Source: a virus. Taken from it: a stretch of 64,000 nucleotides of DNA. The position numbers were made by a program, and so were the translations under genes. The stretch spans positions 1 to 64,000 of IMG/VR virus record IMGVR_UViG_3300032224_001477. One strand, given 5' to 3'. The notes under the pieces are model-generated. The model was not told where the DNA came from. It did not search any database and saw only the letters and a list, made by a program, of their open reading frames with translations. This document shows positions 8,897-17,674 of this stretch, one piece after another. How positions within the stretch are numbered: the stretch's first letter is position 1; every line of letters begins with the position of its first letter.

Positions 8897-10150
8897 ATGA
8901 ATAAACAATTCAAGCCGATTGAAGTGCAAGACGGCTTTGCAAATGTGAAAATCTATCAGTGCGTAAATAATAAGGATTATTTAACGTACATGGTTACGTG
9001 GTGGGCCGAGGGGAAAAGACAGCGTCGTGCGATTGCAGATCTTTCGGAAGCCAAGCGCGAGGCTCGTAAAATTGCCAGGGATCTTGCGGACGGTCGGGCA
9101 TCAATGGTTTCAGTCTCTACCAAGGAGCTGAGTTATTTTAGAGATCTTGAAAAAAAGATGGGCGGCACTCCGCTAAGCGAGGCCGTTGCTCTGTGGTTGC
9201 AAAATAGCGAAAGCAAGTTGCCTCAAATCACCGTAAGCGAGGTTTTGAAGGAAATGCTAAACATAAAGCTGAACGACACCTTTATTGAAAAACGCCAGAA
9301 ACAAACCCTTCAACAGCGTTGGGGCAAATTTGAAAAGGTTTTTGGGGAGCGAATTGTGTCCACCATCAAGGCCAAGGAACTGGACTCCTTCTTATCTAAC
9401 CCGGAATGGCAGCCTAGAACCCGTCAGCACTATCGTGGGGCTATCAGTATGATTTTTGATTACGCCAAGCGGAAAGATTACTTGGAGCCAGACAAAGACC
9501 ATCAGGCTGAAAAGACTGAAAGTATCCGAGTTAACGACGCAAAGCTGGAAAGCTGGTCAGTTGAAGATATGGCTTTAATCCTTAAACACGCCACAAAAAG
9601 AACGATACCCTGGATTGTTTTGGGCGCCTTTGCGGGCATCAGGTCTGCTGAAATTGACAGGCTGAGCTGGGAAGATATCGACTGGTCTAGTAATTTGATA
9701 CTGATCAAGGGCAAGCTTGTAGGTGGTTCTAAATCAAGGGCTAATAACGATAGAGCCATAGCTATGACCGCTAATCTAAAAGCTTGGCTTAGCCCTTTTA
9801 GGACATATAAAGGTAATATACTCAAAAGCCTAGGTGTAACTAGTGCAAACAAAGACATTTACAACGCGGTTAATGAGGTAATTCACAAGATTCATAAGGA
9901 AAAACCATTATTCACTTGGAAGCAGAATGCGAATCGTCACAGTTTTGCTACGTATTACTTAGCTTTAACTGGAGATGCTTCAACAACAGCACTTGCGATG
10001 GGCAACAGCCCAACCATGTTGCTGCGTCGGTACAAAACCATCCAGGTGGATGGGAAAACAGTGACCCGGGCTATGGCAGAGAAGTACTTTGCCATCATGC
10101 CGGGCGAAGGAGCCACAAACAAGAATGAGGAGTCACGAAAGATCGAGTAG
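8897..10150 (+). CDS. int: Tyrosine recombinase / phage integrase
   Basis: Catalytic motifs GIRSAEI (R), NANRHSFA, MGNSP...RRY (Y). The ORF track start at 8873 lies in the promoter/repeat, so ATG 8897 is preferred. Confidence 0.92.
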   Translation: MNKQFKPIEVQDGFANVKIYQCVNNKDYLTYMVTWWAEGKRQRRAIADLSEAKREARKIARDLADGRASMVSVSTKELSYFRDLEKKMGGTPLSEAVALWLQNSESKLPQITVSEVLKEMLNIKLNDTFIEKRQKQTLQQRWGKFEKVFGERIVSTIKAKELDSFLSNPEWQPRTRQHYRGAISMIFDYAKRKDYLEPDKDHQAEKTESIRVNDAKLESWSVEDMALILKHATKRTIPWIVLGAFAGIRSAEIDRLSWEDIDWSSNLILIKGKLVGGSKSRANNDRAIAMTANLKAWLSPFRTYKGNILKSLGVTSANKDIYNAVNEVIHKIHKEKPLFTWKQNANRHSFATYYLALTGDASTTALAMGNSPTMLLRRYKTIQVDGKTVTRAMAEKYFAIMPGEGATNKNEESRKIE

Positions 10151-10310
10151 TCAGACCGTAAAAACAATAAGCCTACCCAAGCACATGGCTAAATTCCTCG
10201 AAGAGGAGAGCCGCAGAATAGGGGTAAACAACGTTTCAGGATTGGTCAGAATTGTGTTAGCGCAGTACATCGACGCGCATGGTAAGAAAAATAATAAAAA
10301 AGGCCAGTAG
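10125..10310 (+). CDS. Ribbon-helix-helix (CopG/Arc-like) DNA-binding protein
   Basis: VKTISLPKHMAKFLEEESRRIGVNNVSGLVRIVLAQYI matches the RHH pattern. Overlaps the int stop. Confidence 0.7.
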   Translation: MRSHERSSSQTVKTISLPKHMAKFLEEESRRIGVNNVSGLVRIVLAQYIDAHGKKNNKKGQ

Positions 10311-10399
10311 CCCTTTGGACACAAAAGAAATTAATTTTTAGTAATAAATTGAATTGAATTGACTGCCGTCTTACGGCGTGTTTAGATGTAACACACCGT

Positions 10400-10696
10400 A
10401 TGAATCTAATATTGGAAGCTCACTCATTCAAAGTAGCGGTCACTCCTTCCAATAAACTTCACATCTTTGTCGAGAACGTAAACCCCTCCGAAATCAGCAA
10501 ACAAATTCCCGAAAAAATTTATTCCGTAAAGGAAGCTGCCTCTCGTCTAAAAGTCGGCGACCGCACAATCCGTCGGTACTTAAATAACAAACGTCATCCC
10601 CTCCCTCACTCAAAAGCCGGTGGAATAATCCGCATTTGTGAGTCGGATATCCAGGCGTGGCTCGCGAATGAGAAATTCGGAGTCGCACGTGAATAG
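10400..10696 (+). CDS. xis: Excisionase-like HTH_17 protein
   Basis: IYSVKEAASRLKVGDRTIRRYL...LPHSKAGGIIRICESDIQAWL. Confidence 0.8.
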   Translation: MNLILEAHSFKVAVTPSNKLHIFVENVNPSEISKQIPEKIYSVKEAASRLKVGDRTIRRYLNNKRHPLPHSKAGGIIRICESDIQAWLANEKFGVARE

Positions 10697-11015
10697 TCGT
10701 GCCAAGGGTTGTGTCGGTGAGCGTGAGTGGAGAGACGAAGTCAAAAAACGTGGCTACACCGCAAGGCGTGGCCAGCAGTTTTCTGGGAATCCGGATGCAC
10801 CTGACGTCATTTCAGAACTCCCATTCCATTTCGAAGTCAAAAGGGTTCAGGCCCTCAACGTCGGAAAAGCTGTCGAACAAGCGGTACGGGACTGTGGTGG
10901 AAAACCCATTGCAGTGGCGCACCGTAAAAACAATTCACCCTGGCTCGTGACCATGACCGCGGATTCTTGGTTCGAGCTAGTAACAAAAGTACATCCGCCA
11001 GCGGAGATAAAATAA
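10689..11015 (+). CDS. Holliday junction resolvase (PD-(D/E)XK, Hjc-like)
   Basis: GTG start; NSRAKG...ERE...PDV...FEVKR motifs. Confidence 0.8.
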   Translation: MNSRAKGCVGEREWRDEVKKRGYTARRGQQFSGNPDAPDVISELPFHFEVKRVQALNVGKAVEQAVRDCGGKPIAVAHRKNNSPWLVTMTADSWFELVTKVHPPAEIK

Positions 11016-11016
11016 A

Positions 11017-11181
11017 ATGACTGTTGGAGAACTGTTGGAAAAACTGCAAAAGGTAAGCCCTTCCCTCGACATATGCGTCGATGTGGATTCGGACTGCTTC
11101 GATATACAGGAAGTTCAGACCTGGCGAAGTGGAAGTGATGATTCTGAAGGTTCGTTTGTTTCGTTGATCATCGAAACTTGA
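11017..11181 (+). CDS. Small hypothetical protein (54 aa)
   Basis: MTVGELLEKLQKVSPSLDICVD..., translationally coupled to both neighbours. Confidence 0.55.
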   Translation: MTVGELLEKLQKVSPSLDICVDVDSDCFDIQEVQTWRSGSDDSEGSFVSLIIET

Positions 11182-12452
11182 ACCTCTTTCCTTGGCAGAA
11201 GGAAAACGCGTCCCAGTTAATGGACGCCTTGATCAGCAACCGCGTGGCGTTGGACGCTAGCGATTGCGGAACAGGAAAAACAGTCACGGCGGCCTTTGTC
11301 GCTAAGCAGATGAATATGCCCGTGGCGGTGATATGTCCTAAAGCAGTCATACCTTCCTGGAAGCATTGGCTTAAAGAAGCTGGCGTCGAACCCTTGTTTG
11401 TCATTAACTACGAAAAACTCCGAACCGGAAAAAAGCACGGCAAATGGGTTGCCAAAAAATGGCAGTGGGAGCTCCCCTCCTCTACCCTTCTGATTTTTGA
11501 CGAGGTTCATAAGTGCAAAGGATACAGCAGTCAGAACGGCAAGATCCTGGGTGCGTCTAAAGCCGACCATACCGTCTTGATGCTGTCGGCTACGGCCGCT
11601 CAGAACCCCCTGGACATGCGTTGGACTGGCGACCTCCTAGGCATCCATACCGGGGCAAACTATTGGGGCTGGCTCAAGACCATGAAGGTGGCGCAAGCCC
11701 CTTGGGGCGGCTTTCAGTATTACGGAGGCAAAGAAGGTCTTCTTCAGATTCACGCACATATATTCCCCAAGCGTGGCGTGCGCACTCGCGTGGAAGAGCT
11801 GGGGGATGCCTTCCCTCAAAACAACGTCATGTCCGAGGTCTTCGATATTGATGACCGCATCGGCAAGCTCTACGGCCAGATGGAGGCCGAGCTGGCGGCC
11901 TTAGCTGAGGCTAAATCCAACGATTTTGACCCTTCTGAGCCACGTACGAGGCTTTTAAGGCTTCGACAAGAGGTTGAGTTGCTTCGAGTTCCGGTGCTGA
12001 CGGAAATGGCCAAGGAGCATGTGGAAGCGGGCTGTAGCGTGGTGATCTTTACCAACTTCATGCAGACGTGCCGGACGCTTATGGAGCGTTTAAATGCCCC
12101 TGCAATCCACGGAGAGCAAAGCGCAGAAGAGCGTCAGGAGGCAATCGACAAGTTTCAAGCGAACAAAGAGCACATCATCATCGTGCAAATTCAAGCCGGC
12201 GGGGTCGGGCTCTCACTTCACGATTTACACGGCCGCCCTCGAGTAAGTTTGGTGTGCCCGACGTACTCGGCGATCGATTTAAAACAGGCTCTTGGTCGCA
12301 TTGCACGCACCGGGTCGAAGAGTCATTGCAGACAATACTTGGTTTACGCGGCGAATTCGGTTGAAGAACAAGTCGCACGCAAAACAAAATCCAAAATCCG
12401 TGAAATTGACTTGCTTAATGACGGGGATTTGGTAGTAACGTTGGCCTCATGA
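11178..12452 (+). CDS. SF2 (SNF2-like) helicase
   Basis: GTGKT, DEVH, SAT, AGGVGLSL and QALGRIAR motifs. Confidence 0.9.
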   Translation: MNLFPWQKENASQLMDALISNRVALDASDCGTGKTVTAAFVAKQMNMPVAVICPKAVIPSWKHWLKEAGVEPLFVINYEKLRTGKKHGKWVAKKWQWELPSSTLLIFDEVHKCKGYSSQNGKILGASKADHTVLMLSATAAQNPLDMRWTGDLLGIHTGANYWGWLKTMKVAQAPWGGFQYYGGKEGLLQIHAHIFPKRGVRTRVEELGDAFPQNNVMSEVFDIDDRIGKLYGQMEAELAALAEAKSNDFDPSEPRTRLLRLRQEVELLRVPVLTEMAKEHVEAGCSVVIFTNFMQTCRTLMERLNAPAIHGEQSAEERQEAIDKFQANKEHIIIVQIQAGGVGLSLHDLHGRPRVSLVCPTYSAIDLKQALGRIARTGSKSHCRQYLVYAANSVEEQVARKTKSKIREIDLLNDGDLVVTLAS

Positions 12453-13549
12453 GTACTACTGACAATCACGCTAGCTACTCACCAAGCAGCCTCAAGTATT
12501 TTGAGCTCTGCCCATGCTACCAAAAAGACAATTCTGGTGAAATTCATCCAGTCACCCTCCGCGGAACTGCAATGCATAAGGCGTGCGAGACCGGCGAAAT
12601 GGAAGGTCTCGACTCCACTGAAAAAGCTCTCGTCCACAAATGTCTTTCATTTGTCGAAGCGGCGAAAGCTGAGTACACGGAAAAGAATTCCAAGTTCATG
12701 GACTTGTCCGAACAGAAGCTCGACGTGTTTGACCAATGGGGTTACGTCGATCGGTTTTTCATTTGCGCCGATGAAGCTGCCATGTTTGATTTTAAGTTTG
12801 GTTTTAACCCTGTTGACCCGGCGGAGACCAACCCGCAAATGTGGGCTTACGCAATCGGAGTCTTTAAGAAGTATCCCTACGTAAAGAGTCTTAAGCTCCA
12901 CATTCTCCAGCCACGTTTGGATTACGTGGACTCGGCTTCATTCACCAGAGACGGAGATCTCCCCAAGATGAATGCCAGAATCAAGGGCATCATTGAGAGG
13001 GCTCGCAATAACACCCCGGATATGGCCCGCCCGGGTGACCAGTGCATCTATTGCTCCCGTATTGCGACCTGCGACGCCGTCCAGGCTATGTCCCTCTCCC
13101 TGGCCAAGTCCTACGACCTGGCTCACGACGCTCAACTTCCGGATCTCTTCCACCCAAGCCAGCTAGCCACACCTGAAAAAAGATCACAGGCGCAACGCCT
13201 CGTACCGGTGCTTGAAGCTTGGTGCGGTTCAGTACGCAAACACAACGTTGAGTACGCGAAGGAAGGAAACGAGATCCCTGGTTATGGTCTTACGGCCGTC
13301 CAAGGAGCAAGAAAGATCACGGACGCCAACAAGGCGTACGATTTGGTCAAAGACAAAATTTCGACGGCTGAATTTATGGAAGCCGTAACAGTCAACTTCA
13401 AGGAGCTAGCTGATCAAGTCGCCAGCAAGGCTCCTCGGGGCACAAAACAAGAAGAACGCGACAACCTTGAGGACAAACTCACCGAAGCGAACGCCCTGAC
13501 GCGAGGGAGTGAGTCCTATCAACTAAGAAAAATAAAGGATAAACAATGA
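12449..13549 (+). CDS. Cas4-like PD-(D/E)XK exonuclease (DUF2800-like)
   Basis: SPSS...CP, RGTAMH, GYVD, DFKFG, QMWAYA and C-terminal CIYC...C. Confidence 0.8.
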   Translation: MSTTDNHASYSPSSLKYFELCPCYQKDNSGEIHPVTLRGTAMHKACETGEMEGLDSTEKALVHKCLSFVEAAKAEYTEKNSKFMDLSEQKLDVFDQWGYVDRFFICADEAAMFDFKFGFNPVDPAETNPQMWAYAIGVFKKYPYVKSLKLHILQPRLDYVDSASFTRDGDLPKMNARIKGIIERARNNTPDMARPGDQCIYCSRIATCDAVQAMSLSLAKSYDLAHDAQLPDLFHPSQLATPEKRSQAQRLVPVLEAWCGSVRKHNVEYAKEGNEIPGYGLTAVQGARKITDANKAYDLVKDKISTAEFMEAVTVNFKELADQVASKAPRGTKQEERDNLEDKLTEANALTRGSESYQLRKIKDKQ

Positions 13550-14271
13550 AAACTACGTTCCCTAAAGAACAAAAAGCAAAAGCAGAAACAAAACCAGAAA
13601 CAGTAACTGAATCGAGCAAGGCATTGACGGAGGTTGTTGAACAACCCCTCACCTTGACCACCAGCGCCGGTATGGAGGGAGAATTTAACGTCTCAGACTT
13701 CCAGATCCCCCGGCTCAACATCGCCAACAAAACTGGCGAACTCTCCAACGACTTCCCTCCCGGTAGCATCGTCTTCCGGAAAGAGGTGGCCGTCGGGAAC
13801 CAGAAGTCTCCTGCCAAGTTGACGATCATTCGCATGGCCAAAAAGTACATGCAAAGGATTCCCTACGGCACGGAAGAACGTCCGAAAATCTTTAACACGG
13901 CAGCCGACGTGCGTACTGCAGGCGGCACGACCGACATCACTGAGGGTGATATGGATATCTATGACCCGATCCTCATCCTAACGATGGCCGTCCAAAGCCC
14001 CGAAGGCGCACACCCCCTGTTCGCCTTTGAGAAAGACGGAGCTCACTACGCTCTGGCACAGATGATCTTGGCCAAGAGCGCGTACAACAACGCTGGAAAG
14101 CAGTTGATTACGGAAGCCACTACGGCTCTCCGCGATAAGCTTGCCGGCGGCAAGTACGAGTTGGTGACGCAGCTTCGCTCAAACACGATGGGCAGTTGGT
14201 TTACGCCAGTGTTTCGGTTGGTTGGTAAGAACACCCCTGAAGCCACCACGTGGTTTGACGGGTTGATCTAA
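13546..14271 (+). CDS. Putative ssDNA-binding/annealing protein
   Basis: DFQIPRLNIA N-terminal motif; position after the exonuclease in the replication module. Confidence 0.45.
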   Translation: MKTTFPKEQKAKAETKPETVTESSKALTEVVEQPLTLTTSAGMEGEFNVSDFQIPRLNIANKTGELSNDFPPGSIVFRKEVAVGNQKSPAKLTIIRMAKKYMQRIPYGTEERPKIFNTAADVRTAGGTTDITEGDMDIYDPILILTMAVQSPEGAHPLFAFEKDGAHYALAQMILAKSAYNNAGKQLITEATTALRDKLAGGKYELVTQLRSNTMGSWFTPVFRLVGKNTPEATTWFDGLI

Positions 14272-14288
14272 CAAACTGGGATTCGGCC

Positions 14289-14642
14289 ATGGTGTTACAG
14301 GAGAACTGTAAACAGAGCAAAACCTCCGCTCTATTGAAACAGCCGAGTTCCTATCCCCTCCCCGAAGTGATGGCCATGAGCACATTCAAAGAAATTGTTC
14401 ATGTCATGACGAAGGGCGGGAAATCAAAAACAGGTTCAACAAAATCAGGTCCCGGGCAATGGTTTACTCGGGATTCGATCCGATATTCGGCAGATCGAGC
14501 AGTGAGCCACATGGCCACCGCGATGATGATGTTGGACGGGAATAAAAAAGAGGACAAAGAGGGAGTCGTCGGACACCTGCAGAGAGCTTTATGCAGGGCA
14601 GCGATGGTTCTTTATAAAATAAGAAAGGGTCAGAAAAAATGA
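14289..14642 (+). CDS. Divergent dATP/dGTP diphosphohydrolase-like (DUF5664-like) protein
   Basis: Pattern EIVHVMTKG..K...W...Y.DRAVSH...D.EG..HL.RA..RAAM resembles the family; start uncertain. Confidence 0.4.
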   Translation: MVLQENCKQSKTSALLKQPSSYPLPEVMAMSTFKEIVHVMTKGGKSKTGSTKSGPGQWFTRDSIRYSADRAVSHMATAMMMLDGNKKEDKEGVVGHLQRALCRAAMVLYKIRKGQKK

Positions 14643-14896
14643 AAGCTAAGGGGAAAGCGCAGATTTACAACAAGAGAACAGGCAAAGATATCGGTCAGAT
14701 CAAAGTGTTGGACGTCAGGGAGACCGACACCGTCGAGATCGATCTTCAGATGGAAGACGATGTGTATAACGAATTCGTCTATTTTGGGAGGAAATATGTT
14801 ACGAGAGACGATTTCTTCAGCATTGCTTTCAAGAAAATGTTGGCTGAAACCTTTGAGGACCTTGACCGAAAGAAGAGGAACAAAAATGGTAAATAA
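14639..14896 (+). CDS. Hypothetical protein
   Basis: 85-aa ORF with ATGA overlap. Confidence 0.55.
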   Translation: MKAKGKAQIYNKRTGKDIGQIKVLDVRETDTVEIDLQMEDDVYNEFVYFGRKYVTRDDFFSIAFKKMLAETFEDLDRKKRNKNGK

Positions 14897-15382
14897 ATTT
14901 CTAATGCGGATTTTTCTCAGGCTAGCTCAACGCTGGTTTGGGTTTACAGACATCTACTGCCCGAATGATCAGGTCGAAGCGATTATTTTTGCCGTAGACC
15001 AGAAGCAACATCGGGACGCCATTAAATCGGCAGCCAAATTCATATATGAAGTCAAACAAGAAGGATCAGCCGTCGGCGTATAACGTCGACGTGCCTGAAA
15101 TAAACCAAAGGAACGAACACGGGTACCCAAAATGGACCAAGTTGGAATTAACAAAGATGAAAGTTCAAATCGAGAAATCGAAGTTGGAGAGGAAGTAGTC
15201 GACGTATTTCATCCGGTTTTTATGCGAACCTCAGAACAAATACTTGAGCTCGGTCTCCGCCAGATGCGCGAAGAGAACGAATCCCTGTCCACCGAGAACC
15301 GTCGTCTCAAAGACGAGATACGGACTCTCATTGAGCAAGCCCGTCGTGCCGGGTTTGTTCAGGCCACCAAAGACACGCACCC

Positions 15383-15535
15383 GTGATTCAATTGGAGTTC
15401 CCCTTTATGAAAGACCTTTACCCGACTACCGAAGCAATTACCCAGGGTACAACCACAACCGTGAATTACACTTTTGGCGCTTCGATTGAAAGCGAAAGCA
15501 CCACAACTCACACAACGAAAGGAAACTCAGAATGA
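15383..15535 (+). CDS. 50-aa micro-ORF with N-terminal QLEFPF
   Basis: GTG overlaps the upstream stop (GTGA) and TGA overlaps the next ATG. Not in the ORF track. Confidence 0.45.
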   Translation: MIQLEFPFMKDLYPTTEAITQGTTTTVNYTFGASIESESTTTHTTKGNSE

Positions 15536-15768
15536 GTGTAGACGTAAGAGTACGCATCTCAGCGGTCGAGGGTGAACTCAAGTTTGAAGTTCACACCGAT
15601 CACATGGATGCACAACCAGTCGAAAAGACGGTGGCCGAGGAGCTCAAGGGCCTCACCTGCCGGATGCTTGACCTATATCTAGAAACCCTCAAGGAACCCA
15701 AAGAAGAAATCCAAGCCGAATGCGAAATATTGCCATCGACTTCGAATCCTACTACGACAACGAGCTGA
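15532..15768 (+). CDS. Hypothetical protein
   Basis: 78-aa ORF with SD GAAAGGA. Confidence 0.55.
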   Translation: MSVDVRVRISAVEGELKFEVHTDHMDAQPVEKTVAEELKGLTCRMLDLYLETLKEPKEEIQAECEILPSTSNPTTTTS

Positions 15769-17480
15769 GCATTACAACGCTCGGCCAGTGGCACTACCTA
15801 CGCGATCCGCGTGGAGAGATCTACATGGTGTCGATGGTGGGTGATGGGATTGAGCCGTATTGCGGTCCTGTGGACAAAGCTCCTTGGGACAAGATCGACG
15901 GCTGCCGGTGGATTGCGCACAACTACAGCTTTGACGGAGCCTGTGTTGAGGCTCTTGGTGACCGAATCAAGTCGAAGCCTGCGGATTTTTTCTGCACGGC
16001 CAACCTTGCGGCTTACATGGGCTCCCCAAGGGATTTGGAGGGTGCCTGTACCAACTTGCTTGGTAAGGAGATTTCGAAGGACCCGCGCAAAAAGATGAAG
16101 GGAAAGAAGTGGTCTGATATCGTCAATACTGAGTTTGCGGAGGAGATGACGCAATACGCTTTATCTGACTCCGTGAGTTGTTTAGAGCTCTACAAGAAAT
16201 ACGGATCAGAGATGCCTGAGATCGAGCGCAAGTTATCCAAGCATACGATTGAGATGGCGTGGAAAGGTTTTGCGATTGATCAGCCTTTGGTTAAAGAAGG
16301 CATCAAGAAGCTCGATAGGATTAAGTGGGAAGCCGAGCAGAAGCTTCCTTGGTTGGATCAAGGAGAAGGGGTTGTACTTTCTATAAAGGGTTTCAGGGCA
16401 GAGTGCATTAACCAGGGTATCCCGTGGCCGGATTCCCTCTCGGAAGATTCCGAAGAGTGTGCGGTGTGGGAAAAGAAGTACGGCGACAAGGTTCCCTTTG
16501 TGTCTGCCATGCGGGATTGGAGAAAATCCAATTCCTATTTGGTTAAGATGAAGGTGCTTGATTCTCGTGTGCGCCCAGATATGACGGCGTCTTACGGCAT
16601 GAAGTTCTTCGGGGCGCATACGGGTCGGTTTAGTGGAGATAGCCGGTTTAACGTCCAGAATCTGCCCAGAGAGCCGCATTTCGGAGTCGATATGCGGGGT
16701 TGTATTATCCCACGCCCGGGCAAGAAGTTCATTGTTTGCGATCTTTCCCAGATCGAGCCCAGGGTTCTGGCTTGGCTTTCAGGCAACACCCCTCTTCTGG
16801 AAGCAGTCCGTAACGGATATGGCATCTACGAAGCTTTTGCGATCTCGGCCAATCTCTGGAAGGGAGAAAAAGGAACACTTAAGAAGACCAATACAGCCAT
16901 GTACCAACTTGCCAAGGCAATGGTGTTGGGTCTTGGGTATGGCGCAGGAGCCAAGAAGTTCGCCTATATGGCCAATACAGCTTACGGATTGGAGATTGAT
17001 GAAGCAGAAGCGGCAAACATTGTAAGAACATACCGCTCCAAAAATCATCACGTCATCAATTTCTGGAAGAAGTTGGAAACGGCTTACAAACAATCCAAAG
17101 CAGACGGACAATACGAGATCGAGCTCCCCTCTTGGCGCTCCCTCAAATACCGTAACATTCGCACGCAAAACCTCGCTAGCGGATACGCGGGATACACAGC
17201 TCAGACCATCATGGGTGGTCCTCACGTTAATTTTTACGGTGGGAACTTATGTAATAACACCGTTCAGGCAACAGCCCGGGATGTCATGGCCGAATGCATC
17301 CTACGACTAGAAAAGGCTGGCCTACCCCTTGTCCTTCACGTTCACGACGAAGCCGTCGTGGAGGTCGACAAGGATGTGAAACCAAAAGATGTGGAAATGT
17401 TGATGTCGGTAACCCCGGACTGGTTACAGGGCTGCCCGGTCGCAGCCGAGGCCGTGGAAACCGAGAGATACGTTAAATAG
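15720..17480 (+). CDS. polA: Family A DNA polymerase with 3'-5' exonuclease
   Basis: ExoI DFESY, ExoII AHNYSFD, TGRFS, motif A DLSQIEPR, motif B KAMVLGLGYG, motif C VHDE. Confidence 0.93.
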   Translation: MRNIAIDFESYYDNELSITTLGQWHYLRDPRGEIYMVSMVGDGIEPYCGPVDKAPWDKIDGCRWIAHNYSFDGACVEALGDRIKSKPADFFCTANLAAYMGSPRDLEGACTNLLGKEISKDPRKKMKGKKWSDIVNTEFAEEMTQYALSDSVSCLELYKKYGSEMPEIERKLSKHTIEMAWKGFAIDQPLVKEGIKKLDRIKWEAEQKLPWLDQGEGVVLSIKGFRAECINQGIPWPDSLSEDSEECAVWEKKYGDKVPFVSAMRDWRKSNSYLVKMKVLDSRVRPDMTASYGMKFFGAHTGRFSGDSRFNVQNLPREPHFGVDMRGCIIPRPGKKFIVCDLSQIEPRVLAWLSGNTPLLEAVRNGYGIYEAFAISANLWKGEKGTLKKTNTAMYQLAKAMVLGLGYGAGAKKFAYMANTAYGLEIDEAEAANIVRTYRSKNHHVINFWKKLETAYKQSKADGQYEIELPSWRSLKYRNIRTQNLASGYAGYTAQTIMGGPHVNFYGGNLCNNTVQATARDVMAECILRLEKAGLPLVLHVHDEAVVEVDKDVKPKDVEMLMSVTPDWLQGCPVAAEAVETERYVK

Positions 17481-17490
17481 GAGCAATAAA

Positions 17491-17670
17491 ATGGATAACG
17501 CGAGGTACATAGTGTTGAGAGACGGTTCAAGAGTGTCCGATCGGACACACCGGACGAAACTGGACGCACAAGTCGAGGCTGATTACTGGCACGATATCGT
17601 CAGGAAGTGGCCCGATGGATCTGTGATCCGCATCGAAACAATCTATTTCAAGAACCGCGAACAGGAGTAA
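17491..17670 (+). CDS. Small hypothetical protein (59 aa)
   Basis: MDNARYIVLRDGSRVSDR..., SD AGGAG, fills the polA-primase gap. Confidence 0.55.
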   Translation: MDNARYIVLRDGSRVSDRTHRTKLDAQVEADYWHDIVRKWPDGSVIRIETIYFKNREQE

Positions 17671-17674
17671 AGCC

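Noticed and set aside
12449-13549. CRISPR-associated Cas4
   Set aside because: A stand-alone Cas4-like nuclease is a normal part of this replication module; no cas1 or array is present.
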